Part shown: positions 1 through 10,268 of the stretch, in pieces
How the letters are laid out: each line of letters starts with the position of its first letter
Numbering within the stretch: position 1 is the stretch's first letter
Assembly: GCA_965227775.1 (NCBI GenBank)
Contig: OZ245777.1
Coordinates: 416,001 to 480,000 of the forward strand
Origin: Phycisphaerales bacterium
Lineage (GTDB): Bacteria > Planctomycetota > Phycisphaerae > Phycisphaerales > UBA1924
DNA length: 64,000 nucleotides
Reading direction: 5' to 3'
The notes under the pieces: model-generated
What the model was told of the DNA's origin: nothing
Seen by the model: only the letters and a program-made list of their open reading frames with translations
Databases searched by the model: none
Translations under genes and position numbers: made by a program

Positions 1-453
1 GGGCCCGATGTCGTCCAGGCCAAGTGGAGAGAGATCCGCGGCACGGGCGTGAACGTGCTTCAGTTCGAGTTTCGCTCGCGTGATGGCAGCGCCCTTGTGC
101 CCTCGGACTATCTCATCGAGGGAGAAGAAGCCGAGTTCATCGGCTGGGAGATCGGCCGGAGCGATCCGGTCGAGTTCCTCGACTTCACGGGCGACATCGA
201 GGTCATCGAGTACAAGGTGTTCGTGAGCGAGAACGGTGGCATCGACTTCACGGTGTACGACCTGACCAGCTCGTTCCTCAACCCCTGGGACGGCGTGGAC
301 TTTGGCCGCACCATCCCCCTGCGAACGCCGGGCGGGCCAGTCGAGTACAACCTCATGATCGTCGAGTACGAGTACACCTACACGGTGCCGGCACCGGCCA
401 CCCTAGCCGTGATGGGCGGGCTGGGGCTCGCGAGCCTGCGGCGTCGCCGCTAG
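1..453 (+). CDS. Exported protein with PEP-CTERM-like (VPAP) C-terminal sorting signal, 5'-truncated
   Basis: Frame 1 is open from base 1; ends VPAPATLAVMGGLGLASLRRRR (motif, TM helix, Arg cluster). Confidence 0.8.
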   Translation, partial: GPDVVQAKWREIRGTGVNVLQFEFRSRDGSALVPSDYLIEGEEAEFIGWEIGRSDPVEFLDFTGDIEVIEYKVFVSENGGIDFTVYDLTSSFLNPWDGVDFGRTIPLRTPGGPVEYNLMIVEYEYTYTVPAPATLAVMGGLGLASLRRRR

Positions 454-489
454 GGCTTCCGCCACCATTTACAGACACTATACTGGGCC

Positions 490-1470
490 ATGTGCACCCC
501 GAAGCACGTGGCCCTGTTCTTTTGTACGGCGTTGCTACTGACGAGCGCTTCGATTGCCCAGCGCACTGAGCTCGAGCTCTCCCAGCAGGGCTGGCAAGCC
601 GCACAAGACTCCGAGCCCATGGACGCCGACGAGGCGTACATCCGTGAGGCCTGGGCCACGCTGCTGGGCGGCAAGCCCGGTACGGCTCGGTCGATGCTCA
701 CCAAGTGGCTACGCGAGAACACCGGGACGGGCAACCAGTGGATACCGCTTGCTCTTCTCGTGCGTGGTGACGCCAAGGTCGCCTTGGACGACGAATACGA
801 GGCGCTCTTCGACTACGAAGTAATCGCTCGAAACTACGCGGGCAGTCCGGAGTTCGTGAAGGCGGCCGAGCGCACGATGGTGATCGCCGTTGACTACATC
901 AACGGCAAGAAGCGCAAGTTCCTGGGTCTCCGCATCAGCAGCGCCACGCGGGATGGAGAAGAGTTGCTCGTGCGGATCGCCGAGCGCTTGCCCGGCAGCC
1001 AGATCGCCGAACGGGCGATGCTCGAGCTTGGCGCGCATTACCGGCGGACGGGCGAGTTCGAGCTCGCGCGCGAGGTCTACGGCATCTTCCTCGAGGCGTT
1101 CCCGACGTCGAGCTTCTATCGGGCGGCGTTGCTGGCGCGCATCGAAGCAACGTTCGCGCAGTACAACGGTCCGCAGTACGACGGCTCGGGGCTCATCGAG
1201 ACCAAGGAGCTGCTGGACGTCTACGAGGCAAAGTACCCCGGCGACCTGGAAGTGCAGGCCGAACTCGACTCACTGCGGGTGCGCATCGACGAGAGCCAGG
1301 GCCAGCAGCTCCTGCAGATGGCCCGCGTGTACCTCATGCGTGACGAGAAGGCATCGGCCCGGTACGTGCTTCGCCGCCTGCTCGTTGAGCACCCGCGCAC
1401 GACGGCCGCACAAGAAGCCATCGACACGCTGCGCAAGCGGGGTTGGCTGCGACCGGGAGATGGCCCGTGA
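490..1470 (+). CDS. bamD: BamD-like TPR outer-membrane assembly protein
   Basis: Signal peptide; TPR-like helices (RLPGSQIAERAM, AFPTSSFYRAA, EHPRTTAAQEA); YDGSGL motif; coupled to an lptE-like gene. Confidence 0.7.
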   Translation: MCTPKHVALFFCTALLLTSASIAQRTELELSQQGWQAAQDSEPMDADEAYIREAWATLLGGKPGTARSMLTKWLRENTGTGNQWIPLALLVRGDAKVALDDEYEALFDYEVIARNYAGSPEFVKAAERTMVIAVDYINGKKRKFLGLRISSATRDGEELLVRIAERLPGSQIAERAMLELGAHYRRTGEFELAREVYGIFLEAFPTSSFYRAALLARIEATFAQYNGPQYDGSGLIETKELLDVYEAKYPGDLEVQAELDSLRVRIDESQGQQLLQMARVYLMRDEKASARYVLRRLLVEHPRTTAAQEAIDTLRKRGWLRPGDGP

Positions 1471-1988
1471 AGTCGCGACGAGTTGCTTCGCTCGCAGTCG
1501 TGGTGGCATGTTCGCTCGGCCTCGCCGGCTGCTCGAGCGATCCGTCGACGGGCTATAGCTTCGCGTCGAGCTACGACGATCGCGTGCAGAGCATCGCCGT
1601 CGAGGTCTTCCAGAACAACACGTTCCACCCCGGTCTCGAGTCGGACCTGACCTCGGCGCTCATCCGCCGCGTGCAGCTCGATACGCCGTGGGCCGTCACA
1701 AGCAGTGAGTCGGCGCAGACCGTGCTGACCGGCACCATCCGCGACGTGCAGATCCGCCGGCTGACCCAGGACACGCAGGGCGGCATCACGCAGCAGGCCG
1801 CCGTTCGCCTGACGGTCGACTTCACCTGGCGCAGCAACGTGACCGGGCGTGAGCTGGCGCGGCGAGGGAACCTTGCCGTCACCGAGTCGTTCCTTCCCGC
1901 GGCGGGCGAGCCGCTGGACGTCGGCCTGTCGGCGGCCGCCGAAGAGATGGCCGCCGCCATCCTGGAAGCCATGCGTTCGGTGTGGTAG
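1467..1988 (+). CDS. lptE: LptE-family LPS assembly lipoprotein
   Basis: GTGA overlap with the upstream stop; lipobox LAGC; SIAVEVFQNNT...LESDLTSALI...AQTVLTGTI pattern. Confidence 0.75.
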   Translation: MKSRRVASLAVVVACSLGLAGCSSDPSTGYSFASSYDDRVQSIAVEVFQNNTFHPGLESDLTSALIRRVQLDTPWAVTSSESAQTVLTGTIRDVQIRRLTQDTQGGITQQAAVRLTVDFTWRSNVTGRELARRGNLAVTESFLPAAGEPLDVGLSAAAEEMAAAILEAMRSVW

Positions 1989-2223
1989 CACGACCCGGCG
2001 CCCGCAGCAGGGCGTACGAGTGCATGACGGGCGAGGAATGCACGCATCGGTTCGGGGGTTGGTCCCCGCAAGCCCCATAAGCGGGCGGCACGGGCCAGTC
2101 GGTCTCTAGGATGACCCGTTCGCGGGCCGATGCTCGTGGTATCAATGTCGGAAACCGGTGGCCGCCGAATCGCCCGAGGCGCCAACGCCGCCCCACCGCG
2201 GAGCATGCATGCGTCGATACGCG

Positions 2224-4251
2224 ATGAGCCAGGAAGATCAGAGCCCCAACCAGCCCCCCAAGGGACAGGGTGGAGGGCCCGGTGGCAAGCGGCCCGGCCC
2301 GCAGCCCTCAGGCCCGACGATGCCGCAGGGGCGGATGATGATCCTCGTCGTAGCTCTGGTGCTGCTGGCCGTCATGGTCATGCTGATGTTCCAGAGCGGC
2401 CGCGGCGAGCCGATCACGCTCGAGCAGTTCTACAGCCTGTACGACTCCGGGCAGATCGATGAAGAGAGCGTCGTGATTTCGGACGGGGCAGTACGCGCCG
2501 TTCGGCTCGATGGGCCCGACAGCGCCGAGCGCACCGCGGTCCGTATCGATCTCAACGCCGCAACGCGCGAGACGATCAGCGATCAGGTCATCGTCAAGAC
2601 CGAGGGCAAGGCCCAGACGCAGCCGAGCAGCAACTGGCCCGTGTACCTCATGCTCGGGCTGCCGATCCTGCTTTTCATCTTCCTGATCTTCCTGTTCCTG
2701 CGCAGCCTGCGCGGGGCCGCGGGCGGTGCGGGCATGCTGGGTAGCTTCGGCAAGAGCCGCCACCGTGTGTTCAACAAGGAAATGACCGGCGTCACGTTCA
2801 AGGACGTCGCGGGCATCGACGAGGCCAAGGACGAGGTCTCCGAGATCATCGAGTTCTTGAAGACGCCCAAGAAGTTCACCAAGCTCGGCGGACGAATTCC
2901 GCGCGGCGTGCTGCTGAACGGGCCTCCGGGCTGCGGCAAGACGCTGCTGGCCAAGGCCATCGCGGGCGAGGCCGACGTGCCCTTTTTTAGCATCTCGGGC
3001 TCGGACTTTGTCGAGATGTTCGTGGGCGTTGGTGCCAGTCGCGTGCGCGACCTATTCAAGCAGGCCAAGGACAACTCTCCGTGCCTGATCTTCCTCGACG
3101 AGATTGACGCCGTGGGGCGCCGCCGTGGCGGCGGGTACAGCACCGGCGGGCACGACGAGCGTGAGCAGACGCTCAACGCCATCCTCGTCGAGATGGACGG
3201 CTTCAACGCGACCGACGGCGTGATCGTGATCGCGGCGACGAACCGGGCCGACGTGCTCGATCCGGCGCTCGTGCGCCCTGGCCGCTTCGACCGCCAGATC
3301 GCCGTGAGCCTGCCCGACCTGAAGGGTCGACTGCAGATCCTCAGCGTGCACGCCAAGAAGGTGAAGCTGGGGCCTGACGTCGACCTCGAGAAGGTCGCGC
3401 GTGGCACGCCCATGTTCAGCGGCGCCGACCTGGCGGCCATTGTGAACGAGGCGGCCATCATGGCCACCATGGAAGACAAAGACTTTGTCGAGCACGAGGA
3501 TCTTGAAGAGGCCCGCGACAAGGTGAAGTTTGGTCGCGCCGGCAAGAGCCGTGTGCGCGAGAAGGACGAGAACAAGCTCGTCGCGTACCACGAGGCCGGT
3601 CACGCCGTGCTGCAGGCGCTGCTGCCAAATGGCGACCCGCTACACAAGGTAACCATTATCCCGCGTGGCGGCATGGGTGGCGCGACGTTCAGCCTGCCCG
3701 AGAAGGACCGCATGGGCTACGGGCTCAAGTGGATCAACACCACGCTAAAAGTCATGTGCGGTGGGCGCATCGCCGAGGCGCGCGCGATGGGCGACATGTC
3801 CAGTGGCGCTGCGCAAGACATCGCCCAGGCAACCCAGCTTGCGCGCACGATGGTGACCGAGTGGGGCATGAGCGAGAAGCTCGGCTTCCTGCGATACACG
3901 GGCACCGACTCGCGCGAGGCGTTCGTGCCCGACAAGGACTACAGCGATCGCACGGCCGACCTGATCGACCAGGAGGTCCGCCGGATCGTCGACGAGGCGT
4001 ACGCCGAGGCGAAGCGACTCCTAGACGAGAACTGGGGCAAGGTGGAATCGGTCGCCGAGTCGCTGCTCAAGCACGAGACGCTGACGGCCGAGGAGGTCCA
4101 CCTGCTGATCAGCGGCGGCTCGCTCAACAAGCCGTCGGTGTCGGACCTGCTGCTGGCCGACCGCGACCGGACGCCCAAGCCCAGGCAGGCCCAGCCCGAT
4201 GATGACGAGGGCCCTGAGATCGCCGGCGGCATGTCGCCCAGCCCGGCCTGA
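2224..4251 (+). CDS. ftsH: ATP-dependent zinc metalloprotease FtsH
   Basis: Two TM segments, Walker A GPPGCGKT, Walker [26 protein letters not shown] zinc motif; start uncertain (2158/2209/2224). Confidence 0.97.
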   Translation: MSQEDQSPNQPPKGQGGGPGGKRPGPQPSGPTMPQGRMMILVVALVLLAVMVMLMFQSGRGEPITLEQFYSLYDSGQIDEESVVISDGAVRAVRLDGPDSAERTAVRIDLNAATRETISDQVIVKTEGKAQTQPSSNWPVYLMLGLPILLFIFLIFLFLRSLRGAAGGAGMLGSFGKSRHRVFNKEMTGVTFKDVAGIDEAKDEVSEIIEFLKTPKKFTKLGGRIPRGVLLNGPPGCGKTLLAKAIAGEADVPFFSISGSDFVEMFVGVGASRVRDLFKQAKDNSPCLIFLDEIDAVGRRRGGGYSTGGHDEREQTLNAILVEMDGFNATDGVIVIAATNRADVLDPALVRPGRFDRQIAVSLPDLKGRLQILSVHAKKVKLGPDVDLEKVARGTPMFSGADLAAIVNEAAIMATMEDKDFVEHEDLEEARDKVKFGRAGKSRVREKDENKLVAYHEAGHAVLQALLPNGDPLHKVTIIPRGGMGGATFSLPEKDRMGYGLKWINTTLKVMCGGRIAEARAMGDMSSGAAQDIAQATQLARTMVTEWGMSEKLGFLRYTGTDSREAFVPDKDYSDRTADLIDQEVRRIVDEAYAEAKRLLDENWGKVESVAESLLKHETLTAEEVHLLISGGSLNKPSVSDLLLADRDRTPKPRQAQPDDDEGPEIAGGMSPSPA

Positions 4252-4267
4252 GACGCAGATTCAACAC

Positions 4268-4293
4268 GGCCCGGGCGAGATCCCGGGCCTTTT
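4268..4293 (+). terminator. Rho-independent terminator after ftsH
   Basis: GGCCCGGG-cgagat-CCCGGGCC followed by TTTT. Confidence 0.75.
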
Positions 4294-4420
4294 CATGCGC
4301 GGCGGGCCTGCGCCGGGCTTTCATCTGCCAAGATGACACCTTCGCGGCACCAGATGCTGGGGTGACAGCGGCGTGAGCACGCCGGGGGGGTCTTTCTGCT
4401 CGAAACTCCGGCCCCGTGGA

Positions 4421-4437
4421 CAGGCACGCGGCTTGTA
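4421..4437 (+). promoter_or_regulatory. Possible sigma54-type -24/-12 promoter
   Basis: caGGCACGcggcTTGTa versus consensus tGGCACGnnnnTTGC; two mismatches, one at the -12 C. Confidence 0.3.
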
Positions 4438-4448
4438 ACAAGCCTTGC

Positions 4449-4934
4449 GTGAAGCCCTCGGCTGCCAACCCGAACGGTTCGAGTGCGGGACCGTCCCGCC
4501 TGAATCTGCTGCTGAGCGACGCCAGCCGGCCCGACCAGTCGTGGGCCGATCGACTGCCGCCGCTGCTGGCACCCATGGGCGTCCGCACGGTGCGGGCCCA
4601 CAGCGGGCGGGAGGCTTCTGAGGTCATCCGGGCCACGCCCATCCACATGGCCGTGGTCGACCTGGCCCTGCCGCTTGACGATGGGTCGGCCGAGGACGGC
4701 GGGCTGCGGCTGCTGGAACTCCTGCAACGCAGCGAGCAGCGGCCGCCGACCATCGTGATCCGCCGCGCGAGGACGGCCCGGGAGGCCAGCCGCGAGTCGA
4801 TGCGGGCGCTGCTCGCCGACGCGTTCGCGGTGGTTGATCGCCCGAGCCACCACCGAGACGTCGAACTGCTCCTGGAGGTGCTGCGCCGCGTTCTGGCGCG
4901 TCACTATCGAGGCCAGTGGCCCGGCGCAACATGA
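4449..4934 (+). CDS. Stand-alone atypical response-regulator receiver domain protein
   Basis: REC-like pattern LLLSD...AHSGREA...MAVVDLALP...GGLRLLELL...PPTIVI...AFAVVDRP; start GTG 4449 or 4416. Confidence 0.7.
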   Translation: MKPSAANPNGSSAGPSRLNLLLSDASRPDQSWADRLPPLLAPMGVRTVRAHSGREASEVIRATPIHMAVVDLALPLDDGSAEDGGLRLLELLQRSEQRPPTIVIRRARTAREASRESMRALLADAFAVVDRPSHHRDVELLLEVLRRVLARHYRGQWPGAT

Positions 4935-5089
4935 CAATCACCGGCACGTGCCGAGGGCTGTTCGCCGGGGAGGGCGGGGCGGCTTTCGGGACGGAGCCCG
5001 TTTCTGGATCGAAGGTCAGTTAGCTAGAACCGAGAGAACCAACCCAGTGCCCGTTGCGATCGGGCCTTTCGCAGAGGAGCGTTTGAACG

Positions 5090-5410
5090 ATGGCCGCCAC
5101 GAAGACACGCAAGAAACTGAACATCCGCCCGCTGCACGACAAGATCATCGTCCGCCGCGACGAGGCCGAGAGCGTCACCGCCTCGGGCATCTTCCTGCCC
5201 GAGAGCAGCAAGGACCGCCCCAAGACCGGCGTGATCGAGGCCGTCGGCGACGGTGCGCTCAACACCGAGACCGGTGATCGCGTGCCGCTGGAGCTCAAGA
5301 AGGGTGACCGCATCATCTTCAGCAGCTACTCGGGCACCGAGGTAAAGCTCGACGGTGACGAGCTGCTGATCATGACCGAGAGCGACGTGCTGGCGGTGCT
5401 CGAGGGCTGA
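5090..5410 (+). CDS. groES: Co-chaperonin GroES
   Basis: IRPLHDKIIVRR, TASGIFLP, GVIEAVGDG, YSGTEVK; RBS GAGGAG. Confidence 0.97.
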   Translation: MAATKTRKKLNIRPLHDKIIVRRDEAESVTASGIFLPESSKDRPKTGVIEAVGDGALNTETGDRVPLELKKGDRIIFSSYSGTEVKLDGDELLIMTESDVLAVLEG

Positions 5411-5441
5411 ACCAGTCCCGCAACTGCGGAGGGGACGGTCC

Positions 5442-5675
5442 ATGACCACCGACGAGCTGCGCGCAGCGCTCAAGGAATTGACCGGCGGGCGTGACGCCAC
5501 GTTCGCCTTCCACCATACCGGCGAGCAGGGATCCCTGCTGCTGGTGCCAAACGCGATGCTCGTGCCCGAGGAGGGCGACCACATGGTCAAGGTCACCGAC
5601 GGCCAGAGCATCGCCATCATCGACGCCGCAAGCGTGGCATGGGTGCGGATCGGTCCGCCTCAGTTGAACAGTTAG
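5442..5675 (+). CDS. Small hypothetical protein (77 aa) between groES and groEL
   Basis: RBS GGAGG, GC3-biased codons, fills the gap on the operon strand. Confidence 0.75.
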   Translation: MTTDELRAALKELTGGRDATFAFHHTGEQGSLLLVPNAMLVPEEGDHMVKVTDGQSIAIIDAASVAWVRIGPPQLNS

Positions 5676-5776
5676 TAGAGAACCACAACGTACGCACCGC
5701 CCCGGCCAACGCCCGAGGGCACGACGAGCACACAACCGGCCGGCACGGCCGCGAACGAACTTTGGGAGTGTGAACC

Positions 5777-7408
<1,632 letters not shown>

Positions 7409-7445
7409 TTGAACGACCTCGCAGTCTAACGCGACACTCCAATCT

Positions 7446-7480
7446 AACGGGCCTCACCATGCGTGAGCCCGTTTTGTTTT
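7446..7480 (+). terminator. Rho-independent terminator after groEL
   Basis: AACGGGC(C)TCAC...GTGAGCCCGTT followed by TTGTTTT. Confidence 0.75.
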
Positions 7481-7525
7481 GGCTCGTGCCGAATCACCCA
7501 ATCACCCAAACTCGAATAGTGCCAA

Positions 7526-7921
7526 GTGGGTTCGCTGGCATTTGACATACTGCATTGGATGTCGAGCGTCACGCTGCTGTTGCTGGGGATCCTGATCTCG
7601 TACGAGAAGCTGCTCAAGGCTCGGATGGTCAGGCGATTGCCCCCGGGCACGGATGTCATCCCGCCGACGCCCTTGTTCGGCGGGCTCAGCCTCATCGGCG
7701 GCGTGCTGTTGTGGCCCGTCGACATCGGGTATTGGAGGTGGGTGGCCGTCGTGCTTGCGATCGTTGCCGATTGGTCGATCTGGCCGATCTTCTGGTGGCC
7801 CATCCTGATCCCGCTCGAAGTGCTTTACGACAAGTACGGCTGGATGCCGCCGAAGTGGACGCGGCTGCCGCGGTACGGCGACTGGCGGGCGCGGGCCCGC
7901 GATTGTCGGCGTGGACTTTGA
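7526..7921 (+). CDS. Hypothetical small membrane protein
   Basis: Three hydrophobic Trp/Pro-rich segments; weak start context. Confidence 0.5.
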   Translation: MGSLAFDILHWMSSVTLLLLGILISYEKLLKARMVRRLPPGTDVIPPTPLFGGLSLIGGVLLWPVDIGYWRWVAVVLAIVADWSIWPIFWWPILIPLEVLYDKYGWMPPKWTRLPRYGDWRARARDCRRGL

Positions 7922-7958
7922 TGGCGAGGTTCGCAATGCCGATTGACGATGCCAAGAT

Positions 7959-8001
7959 ACACCCGCCCCGGCGAAGCCGTCTCCGCCGGGGCGTTGGGTG
8001 T
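7959..8001. terminator. GC-rich hairpin between convergent genes
   Basis: ACACCCGCCCCGGCG...CGCCGGGGCGTTGGGTGT; no U-tract. Confidence 0.35.
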
Positions 8002-8038
8002 GGGTCTCTCTCCTCGGATCTGGTGTGCGTGGGCGTGG

Positions 8039-8824
8039 TTAGCCCGCGTCGAAGGCGGTCTGGAAGGCCAGGAAGTCGAACACGGTGAGCGAGCCGTCGT
8101 CGTCGAAGTCGGCGATGAGCAGGTCACCGGCATCGAAGGCCGACTGGAAGGCGAGGAAGTCGAACAGGTCGAGCACGCCATCGCCGTTGATGTCGGCCGA
8201 CTTCGTGTCGGTCAGCACGCGGATAGACGCGCTGGCCGAGCCCTCGTTCTGCCGCGTGACGGTGCCGGCGAAAGCCCAGAGATAGGTGCCCCCACTGGCG
8301 AGGTCGAAGGCCTCACTGCCCGAGGTCGACACGAGGCCCGAGGCTTGCTCGAAGAGCGTGACGCCGGTGGTGGCGTCGAGCAGCACGACGAGAGCGACGC
8401 TCTCGGTGCCATCGATGTCGGTGAAGTCCCACTCGACGACGACAGTGGTGTCCTCGTCGACCGTGAAGCCCGTGTCGAGCGCGAGCACGGACTGGCCGTC
8501 GGGGGCGTCGGCCGAGAAGCTGCCCTGGGCGAAGTCGTCGCCGAACGACGCCTTGGCGAAGAGCTCGTCGCCGAGACGGACCTCTGCGGCCTTGCCGGGC
8601 GTGTCGCGGGTGAAGCTGGTGGAGGCGGCCCCGCCGGCCCCCTGGACGGTAAGCGAGCCGCTGATGTCATTGAACTCGAGCGTCTGGCCCAACGCCGGAC
8701 CGGCGGCCGCGACGGCGCCGATGACGATCAGCTTGGTGCGCTTGGCGGGCACGATCGATAGCGCGGCCCCGGCGATGCGGGCGGCGGTGGCGATCCGGTT
8801 CTGGTTCTTGGTGATGGTCTTCAT
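8039..8824 (-). CDS. Exported protein with C-terminal GC-type dockerin-like domain (Cys-less variant)
   Basis: RBS AAGGAG; signal-like ALG|Q; ADINGDGVLDLFDFLAFQSAFDAG...ADFDDDGSLTVFDFLAFQTAFDAG. Confidence 0.85.
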   Translation of the reverse strand: MKTITKNQNRIATAARIAGAALSIVPAKRTKLIVIGAVAAAGPALGQTLEFNDISGSLTVQGAGGAASTSFTRDTPGKAAEVRLGDELFAKASFGDDFAQGSFSADAPDGQSVLALDTGFTVDEDTTVVVEWDFTDIDGTESVALVVLLDATTGVTLFEQASGLVSTSGSEAFDLASGGTYLWAFAGTVTRQNEGSASASIRVLTDTKSADINGDGVLDLFDFLAFQSAFDAGDLLIADFDDDGSLTVFDFLAFQTAFDAG

Positions 8825-9284
8825 TTCGTCCTACTCCTTTGGCCTGCGTTTTCAGGCCATGCGATAGCTGTGGGCGCACATGCGCCCTTCTCCTTGGAAC
8901 ATCGCGCGCAACATTGCGCGCGGTGGGTCAGCCGTTGATGGTGTGGACTCGCCCGGGCGGGAAACGCTCGATCGCGCTCAGCATGCGTAAATACGCATTG
9001 GCGCGACCGAGGTCACCGGGGTTGGTGCTGCGAGCGAAGGAGATCGCGACATTCGTGTTCCGCGTCCGGGTCGCCTCCCTCCGAAGCGACCGAGCGTGAG
9101 CATGTTCGAATTGTGCGATGGTGGATCGCTTACGCGCAGGACCCGCCCGGGCGACGCATTCGTCGACAACAGGGCATGGGTTGGCGCATCCTGGCGATCA
9201 TGTGGCCCAACAATACCGCGCATTTCACCGAGATCAAGCCGGTCGGCGCAAGATCATCGCGGGTAACCGAAGCTTCACGATTCG

Positions 9285-9926
9285 TTACGCGTTGCCCGAA
9301 CGCGCGGCCCGCAGCTCTTCGAGCGTTGACTCATCGAGGCCCAGGTACTCGTACATGTGCTGGTCGTAAGCCTCGGCGTCCTTGTCCTGGCTGAGGTCGA
9401 GGCGGAGTTCGTTGATGACCTTGGTGCCCTGGCCGATCCAGGCGTCCCAGGTCTCCTTGCTGATGTTCTCGTAAATCCACTGGCCGATGGGGCCGCGGAA
9501 GGGCGGGCGGGGGAGCTGGTGGCCGCGCTTGCCGGTGCGCTGGCAGAGGAAGTCGCCCTCTTCGAGCTCTTCGGCGGTGGGCTTCTTCTCCTGCACCTCG
9601 GGCACGGGGGCGCCGAGCTTCTCGAGCATGCCCTTCATGGCGGTGGCGGGCATGCGATCGCCGCGCTCGGTGGCGCTCCTGTAGCCGGTGGTGAGCAACT
9701 CCGTGGCATCGTCGTTCTGGCCGGCCTCCATGAGCTGCTCGCCGGCGAGCTGGTAGGCCTTGCTCATGGCGGGGTTGAGCTCGATGCAGCGCATGTAGCT
9801 GGCGGCGGCGTCGGCGTGGCGGCCGGCCTGGGCGTAGGCGTTGGCCAGCGAGAAGTGGGCCATGTCGTTGTCGGGGTCCTCCCGAGACATGTTCTCGAAC
9901 TGGGCGATGCGGGTCTCAAGGTCCAT
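9285..9926 (-). CDS. TPR domain fused to YggX-like Fe(II)-trafficking/oxidative damage protection domain
   Basis: N-terminal TPR (AHFSLANAY...CIELNP); C-terminal FLC...PFRGPIGQWIYENISKETWDAW...TKVINELRL; RBS GCAGGAG before ATG 9926. Confidence 0.85.
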   Translation of the reverse strand: MDLETRIAQFENMSREDPDNDMAHFSLANAYAQAGRHADAAASYMRCIELNPAMSKAYQLAGEQLMEAGQNDDATELLTTGYRSATERGDRMPATAMKGMLEKLGAPVPEVQEKKPTAEELEEGDFLCQRTGKRGHQLPRPPFRGPIGQWIYENISKETWDAWIGQGTKVINELRLDLSQDKDAEAYDQHMYEYLGLDESTLEELRAARSGNA

Positions 9927-10268
9927 GGCTGCTCCTGCGGTCGCGATTCGGTGAGACGCAGCATCGTATGGGCAGAGCGAGCGGGGCGCGTGCGCAGGAC
10001 GGCGGCGGCCGGGCACTCCCAAGCTCCCAGACCGCCGCCGGTTATAGGCGTTTTCGTGGCTGATCCCGGCGCTGCCGGGTGTCCGTACATGTTGCGTCGC
10101 GGGGCGGTGGAGACGATGAACGCCCGCTGAATCTCGGCTCATAATGACATTCACCGAACGCAACAGCGAAAACCCGCGGCGCGGAAGTGTCGTGGCGACA
10201 GGCTTTTGTGGTATGCTGTGCGGGTCTGGACGCCTCGCCAAGAAATTGACGCCAGAAGGAGATCGCCC

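Noticed and set aside
4935..5089. CIRCE/HrcA operator upstream of groES
   Set aside because: No TTAGCACTC-N9-GAGTGCTAA-like inverted repeat is present; TTAGCTAG at about 5020 has no matching arm.
8839..9394. Short ORFs in the gap upstream of the dockerin gene
   Set aside because: No RBS, motif or convincing composition; treated as non-coding.
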